Shown here piece after piece: positions 30,874 to 40,502 of a stretch of DNA of 64,000 nt (position 1 is its first letter; each line of letters opens with the position of its first letter). Below the pieces are notes generated by a model. It made no database searches. It worked only from the letters and a program-made list of their open reading frames with translations, and was not told where the DNA came from. The DNA comes from Candidatus Altimarinota bacterium (GTDB lineage: Bacteria > Patescibacteriota > Gracilibacteria > UBA1369): positions 1,184,001 to 1,248,000 of the forward strand of contig OY782391.1 in NCBI GenBank assembly GCA_963677745.1. The letters are read 5' to 3'. The position numbers and the translations under genes are program-made.

Positions 30874-31461
30874 ATGAAATCATTTACATCCATACCGTCC
30901 GTAGTTGCGCTGAGTCTCTGTCTTGCCGGTTGCGGTGAAACCGTAGTCATCGGCGAAGGAGCGCCAGACCCCAAGTGTGGTCTGGCTCCCCGGAGCACCA
31001 TCGAGTTGCTGGGGGAGCAGATGATCGCCCGGGGACAAGCCATCGTGGCCGATAACAGCTGCATGGAAAAGTACCAGCAACACCTTCAGGAGCTGAAAGA
31101 CCAGGGAGTCTGCACGGAGGAAAACTGCTGGAAATTGATCGGCAAAGAGGCCAAAGTCTGCAGCTACCAATACGCCGTGACCGTCAATGAGCCCACTGTG
31201 ACGCGTTGCGGTGCTCAGGTACTGGTTGTACCCAAGGGCGTCCTGCCGGAAGAGTACGTTATGAACTTCGAGCAGCAGGTCGACACCGACGGTGACGGCG
31301 TGTCCAACTACGACGAGTACGAAGGCTTCTCCGATCCTTGTACGGCCAACTCCGTCGATGTCTGCAAAAGCGACGGCGAGCTGGATTACGACGAGGACGG
31401 CCTGCCCAACGACTCCGATCAATACCCCAGTTGCCCCGGTCTGGAAACACCCGCCTGCTAG
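30874..31461 (+). CDS. Cys-rich lipoprotein with TSP3-like Ca-binding DxDxDG repeats
   Basis: Lipobox LAGC, DTDGDGVSN, DYDEDGLPN; GGAGGAG SD sequence upstream. Confidence 0.78.
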   Translation: MKSFTSIPSVVALSLCLAGCGETVVIGEGAPDPKCGLAPRSTIELLGEQMIARGQAIVADNSCMEKYQQHLQELKDQGVCTEENCWKLIGKEAKVCSYQYAVTVNEPTVTRCGAQVLVVPKGVLPEEYVMNFEQQVDTDGDGVSNYDEYEGFSDPCTANSVDVCKSDGELDYDEDGLPNDSDQYPSCPGLETPAC

Positions 31462-31629
31462 ACCCACCCTTGATTCTGGCTCATCCGCGCCGATCTGCTT
31501 CACCCCAGCTTCAACGCTGCAGGGAAAAGTGCGACCGGCGCTTTTCCCATGCCTGTGATATTGAAAAACGTCTGCTTTCAAAAAACGCTCAGACGTGGCA
31601 TAATATAAAGATAATATTAATTAAACCCG

Positions 31630-32166
31630 ATGCCTGAAGTAATCGATCTTCTCAAAAAAGCCAGCATCAGCATGCTTCTTGACGGTTACGATGACATCTT
31701 CTCGGATTTCGACCCGAGGCCGTACACAGAAAGAGCCATCTCCGATGATTTTTTGATTCAGGCCCACAAGGCCGTGCATGAAACCAAATCGGGTCACTTT
31801 GAATTGCATCTGCTGATTCCCAAACACAAGCACAATCCGCATGAGGATCCGGTAATAAAAGAAAGATTGCATCAGCATTTCAGGATTTCCGAACATCAGT
31901 TATCGGCTTCCGCCAGACAGACCAGAAAAAAAGGAATTCTTCTGACTGTTGTGGGATTTATTCTGATGTTTTTGGCCACCTATGCCAGAATCTCCATGTC
32001 GGAAGGCATCATCAGCAGTCTGATCCTGGTGTTTTTGGAACCGGGTGGCTGGTTCATGGTCTGGTACGGTCTGGACATTATTTTTTACATTTCCAGAGAG
32101 AAAAACGCCGATCTGGAATTCAACCGCAAAATGGTCAGAGCGGAAATACATTTCAATCCGTATTAA
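31630..32166 (+). CDS. Conserved hypothetical two-TM membrane protein
   Basis: YDDIFSDFDPRPY...SDDF N-terminus; two TM helices ending EPGGWF. Confidence 0.7.
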   Translation: MPEVIDLLKKASISMLLDGYDDIFSDFDPRPYTERAISDDFLIQAHKAVHETKSGHFELHLLIPKHKHNPHEDPVIKERLHQHFRISEHQLSASARQTRKKGILLTVVGFILMFLATYARISMSEGIISSLILVFLEPGGWFMVWYGLDIIFYISREKNADLEFNRKMVRAEIHFNPY

Positions 32167-32175
32167 ATAAGATTT

Positions 32176-33396
32176 ATGTCAAATCGTGATCAAGATGTGG
32201 CAGGACTGCCGGACGAGGAAAACAACCAGGAACCTTATGCCGATCTGTTCCGTGAATATTTAAAACAGTCAGGCCTAAAAATAAGCGAAACGGATGAAGA
32301 AGCAAAACCTCAGGATATCGAAGCTGTTCGTATAGGTGTGGCTAACGAGATTTTGTCGATTGATGAATTAACCAGAGAATACGAAGCAGAGGGAATATTT
32401 GATGCGGAAAATGCGCAGAAGCAATACGATGATCTGATAGCTGAAGGACTTCGTTCTTTAAGACCGGAACAAATCCAAAAAGTCCTGGCTTTTATGCGCA
32501 TGAAAAATAGAATTCCGGAATTGATGCGGAGCTTCTACGTACTGAGGCGGGAAAAAATCAAGGAAGCAAAAGAGAAAAAAGACTTGTCGTTATATCTCAT
32601 GTGGTATTCACAGCAACTGGACACGGCATACATTAATTATGTCATGATGACAAATAATTGCTTTGATTTCGACCAATTGTTTAAACTTATTTTGGCTGAT
32701 ATTGAAGAAAAAAGATCCAGATTTGCCACTGAGGCAAAACATGTCAGGAAGATGTATCACACCATGAATAGTATTCCGCGTGATTCGTCCAAACCAAGGA
32801 TTGCTCTGGGCAGGCTGCCGAAGGAGTTGGATCATATGCGTCCGGTTTGGGTGCTAATTGAATATCCGGAGGGATCCTATTTATCCCCTTATGATGAATA
32901 CCTTGACCGGGAAACGGGAAAGATTATCGGAAAACCTGAAAATAAAAGAAAGATATTTTTATCCAGTCACCCGAATGGCTGTTCGTCCCATGCCTACGAC
33001 GATTTGTATAAGGCCACCAGAATCCCAAAAGGTAAAGATTCGTTTGAATCAAGACCTTTCTATATTGCGGCATATGAAGCTATTGATCCGCCTGAAGGGT
33101 TTCCAGATTCCGCAAAAAACATTCTTGAAATCTCATTTCAGAGTGGAAATATCATCCCGAATACGCGGGCCAGGATTAAAGAAAGTTATCCCGACATCCA
33201 ATATGCAAAAAAGCCCTATATTAGTCAGGATGATTATTCACAAAGTATTAAGCATCAAAACGGAGTGGCTCATTATGCCGTACAAAATGAAAACAATGGT
33301 CCCGTGACCAAGCAGGATCTGGTCCCTTATGCCATGATGAGTATTAGATCAGGCCAACACTCAATTCCAGACTTAGAAGATTTCCTAAATGAATAA
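32176..33396 (+). CDS. Hypothetical protein
   Basis: 406-aa ORF; no recognisable motif. Confidence 0.7.
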   Translation: MSNRDQDVAGLPDEENNQEPYADLFREYLKQSGLKISETDEEAKPQDIEAVRIGVANEILSIDELTREYEAEGIFDAENAQKQYDDLIAEGLRSLRPEQIQKVLAFMRMKNRIPELMRSFYVLRREKIKEAKEKKDLSLYLMWYSQQLDTAYINYVMMTNNCFDFDQLFKLILADIEEKRSRFATEAKHVRKMYHTMNSIPRDSSKPRIALGRLPKELDHMRPVWVLIEYPEGSYLSPYDEYLDRETGKIIGKPENKRKIFLSSHPNGCSSHAYDDLYKATRIPKGKDSFESRPFYIAAYEAIDPPEGFPDSAKNILEISFQSGNIIPNTRARIKESYPDIQYAKKPYISQDDYSQSIKHQNGVAHYAVQNENNGPVTKQDLVPYAMMSIRSGQHSIPDLEDFLNE

Positions 33397-33405
33397 AAAA
33401 AATTT

Positions 33406-33492
33406 TGGTGCGCGAGAGAGGACTTGAACCTCCATGATCTTGCGATCACTACCTCCTGAAGGTAGCGCGTCTGCCAGTTTCGCCACTCGCGC
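33406..33492 (-). tRNA. tRNA-Leu(CAG)
   Basis: GCGCGAG acceptor, CTACC-TTCAGGA-GGTAG anticodon arm, long variable arm, CCA. Confidence 0.96.
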
Positions 33493-33547
33493 GCAGAGGG
33501 ATTATAATATTTCCCGGCAGTAAATCAAACCTTTCTCACAAATTGGC

Positions 33548-34150
33548 TTAAATACGTGGATAAAGCTTCCTGATTTCGGCAGTCTGCAGGTGGGGCACAG
33601 CCCGGTGCTGAGCGGCGGAAATTTGGCGGAAAGCAGTTTCACCGATTTGCAGGGTGTCCCCGTGCGAGGCCAGCACAATTTTTTGGTCAGAAAAGTCCCG
33701 TTCGCAGTCCATTATTAGCTCCCAAAATCTCCTTTGCACCGCATTGGCCGATTCAACTCCCATCTCTGTGTGGTCTGGATTATGCACGTCCAAATCCCAT
33801 ACTTTCTGATAATTTTGGTTTGAACCCCGTTCATATTTTCCAAAAAATCTTTCTCTCAGCCTGGGATCGAAAATTATCGGTTGGCAGGATAAAATCTGAC
33901 GGGCGATCTCTGCGCTTTGTTTGGCCCGGGAAAAATCCGAGGAAACAATCACCACGTTCTCGTCCAGTTCACCTTTTCGCACTGCGGCGATAACAGCAGA
34001 CTGAACCTGTTGCAGGCCTTCTTCCACCAGCCCGTAATCCAGACTGATTCCGTCCACGGGATCGCTTAAAATAATTCCTTCGACATTGGGCACGGATTTG
34101 CCGTGTCTAAGGGTGAAATAGCTGTTTTGAAGATTGTGTCGGTTGTCCAT
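33548..34150 (-). CDS. Histidine phosphatase family protein
   Basis: LRHGKS, SSDFSRAKQSA, LRERFFG, ASHGD. Confidence 0.9.
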   Translation of the reverse strand: MDNRHNLQNSYFTLRHGKSVPNVEGIILSDPVDGISLDYGLVEEGLQQVQSAVIAAVRKGELDENVVIVSSDFSRAKQSAEIARQILSCQPIIFDPRLRERFFGKYERGSNQNYQKVWDLDVHNPDHTEMGVESANAVQRRFWELIMDCERDFSDQKIVLASHGDTLQIGETAFRQISAAQHRAVPHLQTAEIRKLYPRI

Positions 34151-34300
34151 TGTCGTTTAATAGTTTACAAGCCAGAAGATATTAGTAGGTTTAGTAAACA
34201 AATCAAGAGTTATTTCCTTTTTAAATTATTGCGGCTTGCCTGTAATATTCCAGCCCGAAATACGTTCTAATTATGTGCGTGCAAACGCGTTTTTTATTTT

Positions 34301-36058
34301 TTGAATATTTTGAAAACAGTTCAAACTACAAAAATCCCCGGCAGTCCTCTGCAATACATGATTTTTTTAAGTAAAAAATATCGCTTATTGGTCGTGGGGA
34401 TATTTTTAATGGTGACTTTCGCCTGTGTCCTGGGCACCGGAAACAACTATGTCTTCAAAAAAATTATCGACTCCATCGGTACTCCCGAGGACTTATGGCT
34501 GTGGGGAGTGATTTACGCGGTGGTTTTCTTTCTGAGCGCCATCAGCTGGAGATTAAGCGGACTTATTGGTATGCGCTGGATGGTTCATGCTTGTTCGGAT
34601 TCCTATGCCCTGCTATTCAGCTACCTGATCAATCACAGCAGCAATTACTTTGACAATCGTTTTGCCGGAGCCATCAGCAGCAAAGTTTCCAACGCCTCCG
34701 ATGGTGTGAGAAGAATAATGTCCGTCCTTTGCTGGAATTTGTATCCGGTTATTGTAAACATTGCGGCCAGTCTGGTTCTGGCTTTTTCGGTTAGCTATAA
34801 GTTTGCCGTCATTCTGATGATCTGGGCGACTATCTTTATTTCCTTCAACGTATTTGCCGTATTGAAAAAGCAAAAACATTCCATTGCCTATGCTGATTCG
34901 GTTTCGGCGCTCAGGGGACAGATGGTGGACATTACTACCAACGTCAAAGCCGTCAATCATTATTCCCGGAGAACTCACGAATTGGGGCGCCTGGACGGAT
35001 ACATTGCCGACAGAACCAAAAAGCACATGAAGAATTGGTGGATGGGCGAGTGGATGCTGGCCACCAACAACTTTTTACAGTTTATTTTCGTGATGGTCAT
35101 GCTGCTGCTGGCCCTCTGGCTGAATCAGAATCAGGGCTTAAGTATCGGCAACACCATTATGATTATCACGCTTTCGGCCTCCCTCAAGGATCAACTGATG
35201 TGGGTAGGCAATCACCTGAATGATCTGATGGATTTTTACGGTGAAGTGAAAGACGGACTGAATGAGATCCTGGTTGAACATGAATTAAAGGACCGGGAAA
35301 ACGCCCGGCACCTGGGTGTCAAAAATGCCAATCTGGATTTCCGTAACGTTGGTTTTAAATACGGGAAAAAATATATTTTTAAAGACTTTAATCTGAATAT
35401 TTTCCCAGGTCAGAAAATCGGTCTGGTGGGGGAGAGCGGAGCCGGCAAAAGCACTTTGGTCGGCATGCTGTCCCGGCAGCACGATCTGGCTTCCGGGGAG
35501 ATCCTGATCAATGAACATAATATTGCCCATGTGACGCAGGAGAGTTTGAGATCTGCCATCGCCATTGTTCCCCAGGAACCAATGTTGTTTCACCGTTCCA
35601 TCATGGAAAATATCCGTTACGGCAATTTGCAGGCCACCGACGAGGAAGTGATGCAGGCCGCCCGGCAGGCCCAGGCTCATGAATTTATTCTGGAACTGGC
35701 CAACGGTTATCAGACCACGGTAGGAGAAAGGGGCGTGAAACTTTCCGGGGGACAGAGACAAAGAGTCGCCATTGCCAGAGCAATTTTAAAAAACGCACCG
35801 ATTCTGGTCTTGGATGAAGCCACCAGTTCTCTGGACAGTAAAAGCGAAGGGGAAATCCAAAAAGCCCTGCAAAACCTGATGAAAGACAAAACGGTGATTG
35901 CCATTGCTCACCGCCTGTCTACCATCAAGGCTATGGATAGAATCATCGTCATTGATAACGGCAAAATTATTCAGGATGGCTCACATCAACAACTGCTAAA
36001 GGAGAAAGATAGTACCTATCAAAAACTCTGGCAGAAGCAGAGTGAGGGCTTTATCTAA
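34301..36058 (+). CDS. ABC exporter, fused permease/ATPase
   Basis: GESGAGKST, GERGVKLSGGQRQR, DEATSSLD. Confidence 0.94.
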   Translation: MNILKTVQTTKIPGSPLQYMIFLSKKYRLLVVGIFLMVTFACVLGTGNNYVFKKIIDSIGTPEDLWLWGVIYAVVFFLSAISWRLSGLIGMRWMVHACSDSYALLFSYLINHSSNYFDNRFAGAISSKVSNASDGVRRIMSVLCWNLYPVIVNIAASLVLAFSVSYKFAVILMIWATIFISFNVFAVLKKQKHSIAYADSVSALRGQMVDITTNVKAVNHYSRRTHELGRLDGYIADRTKKHMKNWWMGEWMLATNNFLQFIFVMVMLLLALWLNQNQGLSIGNTIMIITLSASLKDQLMWVGNHLNDLMDFYGEVKDGLNEILVEHELKDRENARHLGVKNANLDFRNVGFKYGKKYIFKDFNLNIFPGQKIGLVGESGAGKSTLVGMLSRQHDLASGEILINEHNIAHVTQESLRSAIAIVPQEPMLFHRSIMENIRYGNLQATDEEVMQAARQAQAHEFILELANGYQTTVGERGVKLSGGQRQRVAIARAILKNAPILVLDEATSSLDSKSEGEIQKALQNLMKDKTVIAIAHRLSTIKAMDRIIVIDNGKIIQDGSHQQLLKEKDSTYQKLWQKQSEGFI

Positions 36059-36063
36059 ACGCC

Positions 36064-36987
36064 CTACACTCGGACAAACTTCTGGACTTTGATGCCATAT
36101 TGTATGGAAAATTTTTCCATGGAGACATTGTCGATCACTATCTCTGCGGTCGCTCCGGTAAAATCGTATTTGGACTCCAGGTCGTATCTTTCCAGGACAG
36201 TACCGGCTATTTTCTTTCTGGCATCTTCCAGATTTCCACCGGTCCAGATAAAAATCCGCTTTCCCTGAGCCGCATAGTTTTCCAGCATCGCTACCATCTC
36301 GGCATTAATACTTCCATCCCGCATTATCAGTGTGTCGTCCAGATCGCAGTAAACTCCTTCTATCTTGCAGCGCATTTTTTCCGGTAAATTAGGTCTGGAA
36401 TTTACAATGAATTCCACCACCTGTTCATCGGTTGCCCGGTCATTTATGGCAAATTGCTTCCTGGCCTGGGCAATGATCGAACGATAAGTTTCACCTTTTT
36501 GTTCGATCACATAAGGTTTCAAATCGTGTCTGAGATGTCCCATCAGTCTGGTATTCAGAACCATAATCAGTCCGGCTATGGCCGGGTCGACCAATTCTTC
36601 CATTTCATCAGAAACAACCGGCTTTTCTTGCGCCAATTTGGCTTCCTGCTCGAATTCAACCAACAATTTTAGTATTTCCAGTGCTTCCGGTAAGGGATGT
36701 TTACAAACCTTGACGCGCGGGCTGTCTACCAGATGTGACTTCAATTCATCCTTAAACTCCGACCAGGCATCTGACACCACCACCATTTTCATCTCCGGAT
36801 TAGCCCGTAACAAATCAACGGCTTCCTGTATCAGCTTCTGATCCTGCGGGAAAAGAATTATGATTTCTCCGCCCATTTCTGCCGAAGTTTTTTGCCACAT
36901 CATTGGCAAAACCATACCAAGCGCTCTTCCAATCGCTCCTGGAGCAATTATCCGCAAACCTGAATCTTTTATTTCCTTTTTTTCCAT
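36064..36987 (-). CDS. Hypothetical protein with C-terminal HAD-like domain
   Basis: YCDLDDTL, IWTGG, SK, VIDN motifs. Confidence 0.7.
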   Translation of the reverse strand: MEKKEIKDSGLRIIAPGAIGRALGMVLPMMWQKTSAEMGGEIIILFPQDQKLIQEAVDLLRANPEMKMVVVSDAWSEFKDELKSHLVDSPRVKVCKHPLPEALEILKLLVEFEQEAKLAQEKPVVSDEMEELVDPAIAGLIMVLNTRLMGHLRHDLKPYVIEQKGETYRSIIAQARKQFAINDRATDEQVVEFIVNSRPNLPEKMRCKIEGVYCDLDDTLIMRDGSINAEMVAMLENYAAQGKRIFIWTGGNLEDARKKIAGTVLERYDLESKYDFTGATAEIVIDNVSMEKFSIQYGIKVQKFVRV

Positions 36988-37025
36988 GGGTATAATTAGT
37001 TTAAGGTGTTAATATACAACATAAC

Positions 37026-37067
37026 GGGCGGGAGGTCAAGGCCTCGAAACGCCTCGACCTCCCGCCC
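37026..37067 (-). terminator. GC-rich hairpin, probable terminator
   Basis: GGGCGGGAGGTC...GACCTCCCGCCC stem just after the stop of 37075-38514. Confidence 0.65.
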
Positions 37068-37074
37068 TGCAAAG

Positions 37075-38514
37075 CTAAAACTCATCGTCTTTTTTAGCTT
37101 TTTTGAGCAGTTTCCCGTCTTCAGTGATTTCATAATCTTTTTCCCAGCCGCCCCTCCAGCCGGCTCGTCCATGATAGTAAGTGTTGGCCTTGAATCCCTG
37201 TATCAGCGGATTGGTGTCATCCACCATGATATCCAGGAGCTTGCCGCGATAATTTTCCTTGGCCTGTACCGGCAGATACTTTGCCGGTAAGCCCATTCCC
37301 GCCAGTCTGGCTGTCTGCCTCTCCGGATCTCCGCCGGTAAAGACAATCACTTTGCATCCTGCCTTTTCCAGCGCCATCATTAATGTCAAAACATTGTCCG
37401 ATATGGCCTCTTCCTCCAAGCTATGTCCCCGTTCATCTCTTACATAATCTCCATTTTTCATTACGGCTCTCATTTGTACCAATGTCCCGTCCACGTCCAC
37501 CATCACCGCTTCCACCAGCTCTTTGGCCTCCTCGGCGGCGGCCAGATTGCCAACCAGGCTCAGCCTGTCCAGTCCTTCCCTCTGATAACGGAGCCCCACT
37601 ACTGCGTCGGCTTCTTCTGCCGAAATATCTGCGGGAACCAGCTTGGCCAGAACGGCTACCAATTTTTTTGGATCAAGAGAATGCAGCACATTGTACTCTC
37701 TATAATCTTTCTTAGCGCTTAGATAGCTTTTAATAAGTGCAATCAGCAGCGGCTTGGGAGATTTGGCCAGGCAGAATAGTTCCATGGTGGGATTTTGGTA
37801 ATCTCCATCACCTCTCATAATTCTGGCAAACTCTGTATTATTCAGAGATTCGGGCTTATAGGGCCACTGCCCATCCAGTCCATCCGCCTCCAATTTATCT
37901 ATATTGTATTTGATCAGAGGACTGACGATTCTTTCCACGCAACCACCATGGCGATGCTTTAAGGTCCGGGCTACTGCTTCATCAATCAGTCTGGTGCAGC
38001 TTGGTTGTAGGGATTTGGCATCGAGCAAACTTCTGCTTCCCTCTGACCCGTTCATTTCATAGTGTTCAAAGACATGGCAGAGCGAATGGCTCCAGCTTTG
38101 AAAAGCCCTGTTTCCCCAATCCGAATCCTTCTCGGAAATGAACAGATCGGCAATCTTTTCCACCAGACGGTCATAATTCCCTCTGTGGAATGTTTTGTAT
38201 TTAACCAGATAAATCAGATTTTCAGCCGCAGCCGCGCCTTCATAGTAACGATCTGAGATTTCCTTTCCCGATTTCTTGGACAATTCCAGCGTCAAGCCAT
38301 AATAATCAGGCTTTCCTCCTTCCGGAAAATATTTATCCAGCAGATATTGTTCATCCGCTCTTTCCCTGATGTCCTCCGGATCAAGCTCCAAATCAGCTGT
38401 CAGATCCACTCTGGCGCGGCCCTTCGGGCCGCCCCCCTCCGGGGGGGCGGCCATTGGAACCGCCTCACATACTACATTGCCTTCCACCTGATTTTTCTTA
38501 TTATCATCTGTCAT
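37075..38514 (-). CDS. Hypothetical protein with C-terminal HAD-like domain
   Basis: MVDVDGTL, VFTGG, AK, MVDD motifs. Confidence 0.72.
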   Translation of the reverse strand: MTDDNKKNQVEGNVVCEAVPMAAPPEGGGPKGRARVDLTADLELDPEDIRERADEQYLLDKYFPEGGKPDYYGLTLELSKKSGKEISDRYYEGAAAAENLIYLVKYKTFHRGNYDRLVEKIADLFISEKDSDWGNRAFQSWSHSLCHVFEHYEMNGSEGSRSLLDAKSLQPSCTRLIDEAVARTLKHRHGGCVERIVSPLIKYNIDKLEADGLDGQWPYKPESLNNTEFARIMRGDGDYQNPTMELFCLAKSPKPLLIALIKSYLSAKKDYREYNVLHSLDPKKLVAVLAKLVPADISAEEADAVVGLRYQREGLDRLSLVGNLAAAEEAKELVEAVMVDVDGTLVQMRAVMKNGDYVRDERGHSLEEEAISDNVLTLMMALEKAGCKVIVFTGGDPERQTARLAGMGLPAKYLPVQAKENYRGKLLDIMVDDTNPLIQGFKANTYYHGRAGWRGGWEKDYEITEDGKLLKKAKKDDEF

Positions 38515-38559
38515 AGATTTTGGGGTTAAAAATAATTGTTTTAATACTTTGTTGCCGTC

Positions 38560-39402
38560 CTAAAAGCTCCGGCTGACCGTGAAGTTGCCCCAGAGCGATG
38601 TGCCGCCTGTCTTTTTCATTAGAGGGTCTAGCGGGTCATAGTTAAGGTTGGCGCCGATAAAAGTCTTCTTGTTGTCAAAAAGCAGCCCGGCTGCCAGACC
38701 AAGGGATAACTGATGTTGGGGTATCAGAAATTCCGGTGTGCCGTCACCGTTGCTGTCATAGATTTTCAAGGGCAGGTCTGAAGTCCTGAGCAGTCGCTTG
38801 TAGCTGACCGAAGGAGTGATGGTGAAGTAGTTGGCTTTTTTGTCATCCAGCGACAGTGCCATCGGCAGGCCTAAATTGGCGGAAGCATAAGGAACCGGAA
38901 TGAAATCGGAAGTTTCTTTCTTGTCCAGACCTGTCATGTAGTAAGAGAGTCCGGCGTTGACCGATGGGTTTACTGCCAGGTAGGCCGGTTCGCCGACTGG
39001 CCTGGAGGCTAACTCCAGGTTAGCGCCCAGATTCAGCTGTACCCCCGGAACAAAGCTGGCGTTCAGACCTGAAACCGAGATATCTCCGGACGGTACAATT
39101 GGTCCGAGCTTTGGAGCATTTAGCCTCACGTTGAAGAGATGACCCTTGCGGTAGGTGGTAGTCAGGTATTGCAGGCTGGAGCTGACCGCACCAGACAGGT
39201 GGTAAGAGTCAGGATTGGCTTTTGGCTTTTCCTGTGCCTCTGCAGTCGAGGCGATAGCAGATGCCAGCATTAGTGATCCGACCAGGGCGTTAAATCTTGC
39301 GCAGATCGGCGTTACACTTGGCGGAGAGGTACCGGCTTTGTCACCCGGTGCGACTTCCGATCCGGAAATAATTTCCGGTTTGTCCTTGTCCAAAGTATCC
39401 AT
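38560..39402 (-). CDS. Exported beta-strand-rich protein (outer-membrane-barrel-like)
   Basis: Internal signal-like segment ending AEA; alternating amphipathic strands; C-terminal WGNFTVSRSF. Confidence 0.6.
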   Translation of the reverse strand: MDTLDKDKPEIISGSEVAPGDKAGTSPPSVTPICARFNALVGSLMLASAIASTAEAQEKPKANPDSYHLSGAVSSSLQYLTTTYRKGHLFNVRLNAPKLGPIVPSGDISVSGLNASFVPGVQLNLGANLELASRPVGEPAYLAVNPSVNAGLSYYMTGLDKKETSDFIPVPYASANLGLPMALSLDDKKANYFTITPSVSYKRLLRTSDLPLKIYDSNGDGTPEFLIPQHQLSLGLAAGLLFDNKKTFIGANLNYDPLDPLMKKTGGTSLWGNFTVSRSF

Positions 39403-39589
39403 GGTTTAGAGGGTTAATTGTTACTACCCAAAGGCTAAACTTGGGCAATAGGAAAAGCAAACCACACCATAAAAAGCGGGCAAGTCAATATTTCGGCAAG
39501 AGTATGCAAAAAGTGCGTACTGTCATAACACTTTGACAACAGAAGTGAAAAAGTAGTAGATGTAATCTATACTTAAAAGTCACAAAAAC

Positions 39590-40357
39590 ATGCTGCCGCA
39601 AATACTCAAAAACCTGGGCCTGGACGAAAAAGAAATCAGAATATTTCTCCAGACAGCGCATCAAAAACTGGCCCCTGTCAGCCAGATCGCCAAAAAAACC
39701 GGTCTCAAGCGCACTACCTGCTATCAGATTATTGAAAACCTGGTAAAACGAAAATATATCCGGCGATATATCCAGCATGGGATGAAATACTATGCCGCTG
39801 CTTCACTGGAGGAGCTAAAACAGCTGCTGGATAAGCAGGCGGCTCCTTTGGAGGAAGCCAGAAATCTACTTGCGCACGACACGTCCGAACTGAAAAAATT
39901 TTACAATGTGGGCACCGCTGACACGCAAATATCTTTTTATGAAGGATATGAGGAAATTCAACTGGCTTATGACAAAGTACTGGACCAGGAGGACAGTGAA
40001 ATTTACTCACTGCTGCGCAAGGAGGAAACTGCCAATCACCCTCTAAAAAAATACTGGGAAAAGTACCTGCAAAAACGTCAGCAGCTGGGCAAAAAAAGTA
40101 AATCGCTGGTCCCGGCCAGCCAAAGATCAAAAACTTATGTCAAAACCAGCGCGCAGGAAAATCGCTACACTGTCAGCATCAAAGAGCAGGACATCCCGAT
40201 CGTCGGTGATCTGAAAGTCTGCGGCAATCTGGTTGCCATTATTTCCCAGCATCAGGGGCGCATTTTTGGCATCACCATCGAAAATCCCCGGACCGCTGCA
40301 ATGTTCAAAGGCATCTTGAAAACGCTCTGGAAACACTTCTCCAAAGCAAAAAAATAA
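39590..40357 (+). CDS. TrmB family transcriptional regulator
   Basis: LKNLGLDEKE, IAKKTGLKRTTCYQIIENL HTH, FYEGYEEI C-terminal domain. Confidence 0.88.
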   Translation: MLPQILKNLGLDEKEIRIFLQTAHQKLAPVSQIAKKTGLKRTTCYQIIENLVKRKYIRRYIQHGMKYYAAASLEELKQLLDKQAAPLEEARNLLAHDTSELKKFYNVGTADTQISFYEGYEEIQLAYDKVLDQEDSEIYSLLRKEETANHPLKKYWEKYLQKRQQLGKKSKSLVPASQRSKTYVKTSAQENRYTVSIKEQDIPIVGDLKVCGNLVAIISQHQGRIFGITIENPRTAAMFKGILKTLWKHFSKAKK

Positions 40358-40375
40358 TTCCCCCGAAATAAATAA

Positions 40376-40451
40376 TGGTGGGCGTGCACGGACTCGAACC
40401 GTGGACCTCTGTCGTGTGAGGACAGCGCTCTACCAACTGAGCTACACGCCC
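40376..40451 (-). tRNA. tRNA-Val(CAC)
   Basis: GGGCGTG acceptor, CTGTC-CTCACAC-GACAG, TTCGAGTCC, CCA. Confidence 0.96.
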
Positions 40452-40502
40452 CTATGCGTAAAATTATATATACTGTAATGAAATTGGAAACAAGAGGCTT
40501 TT

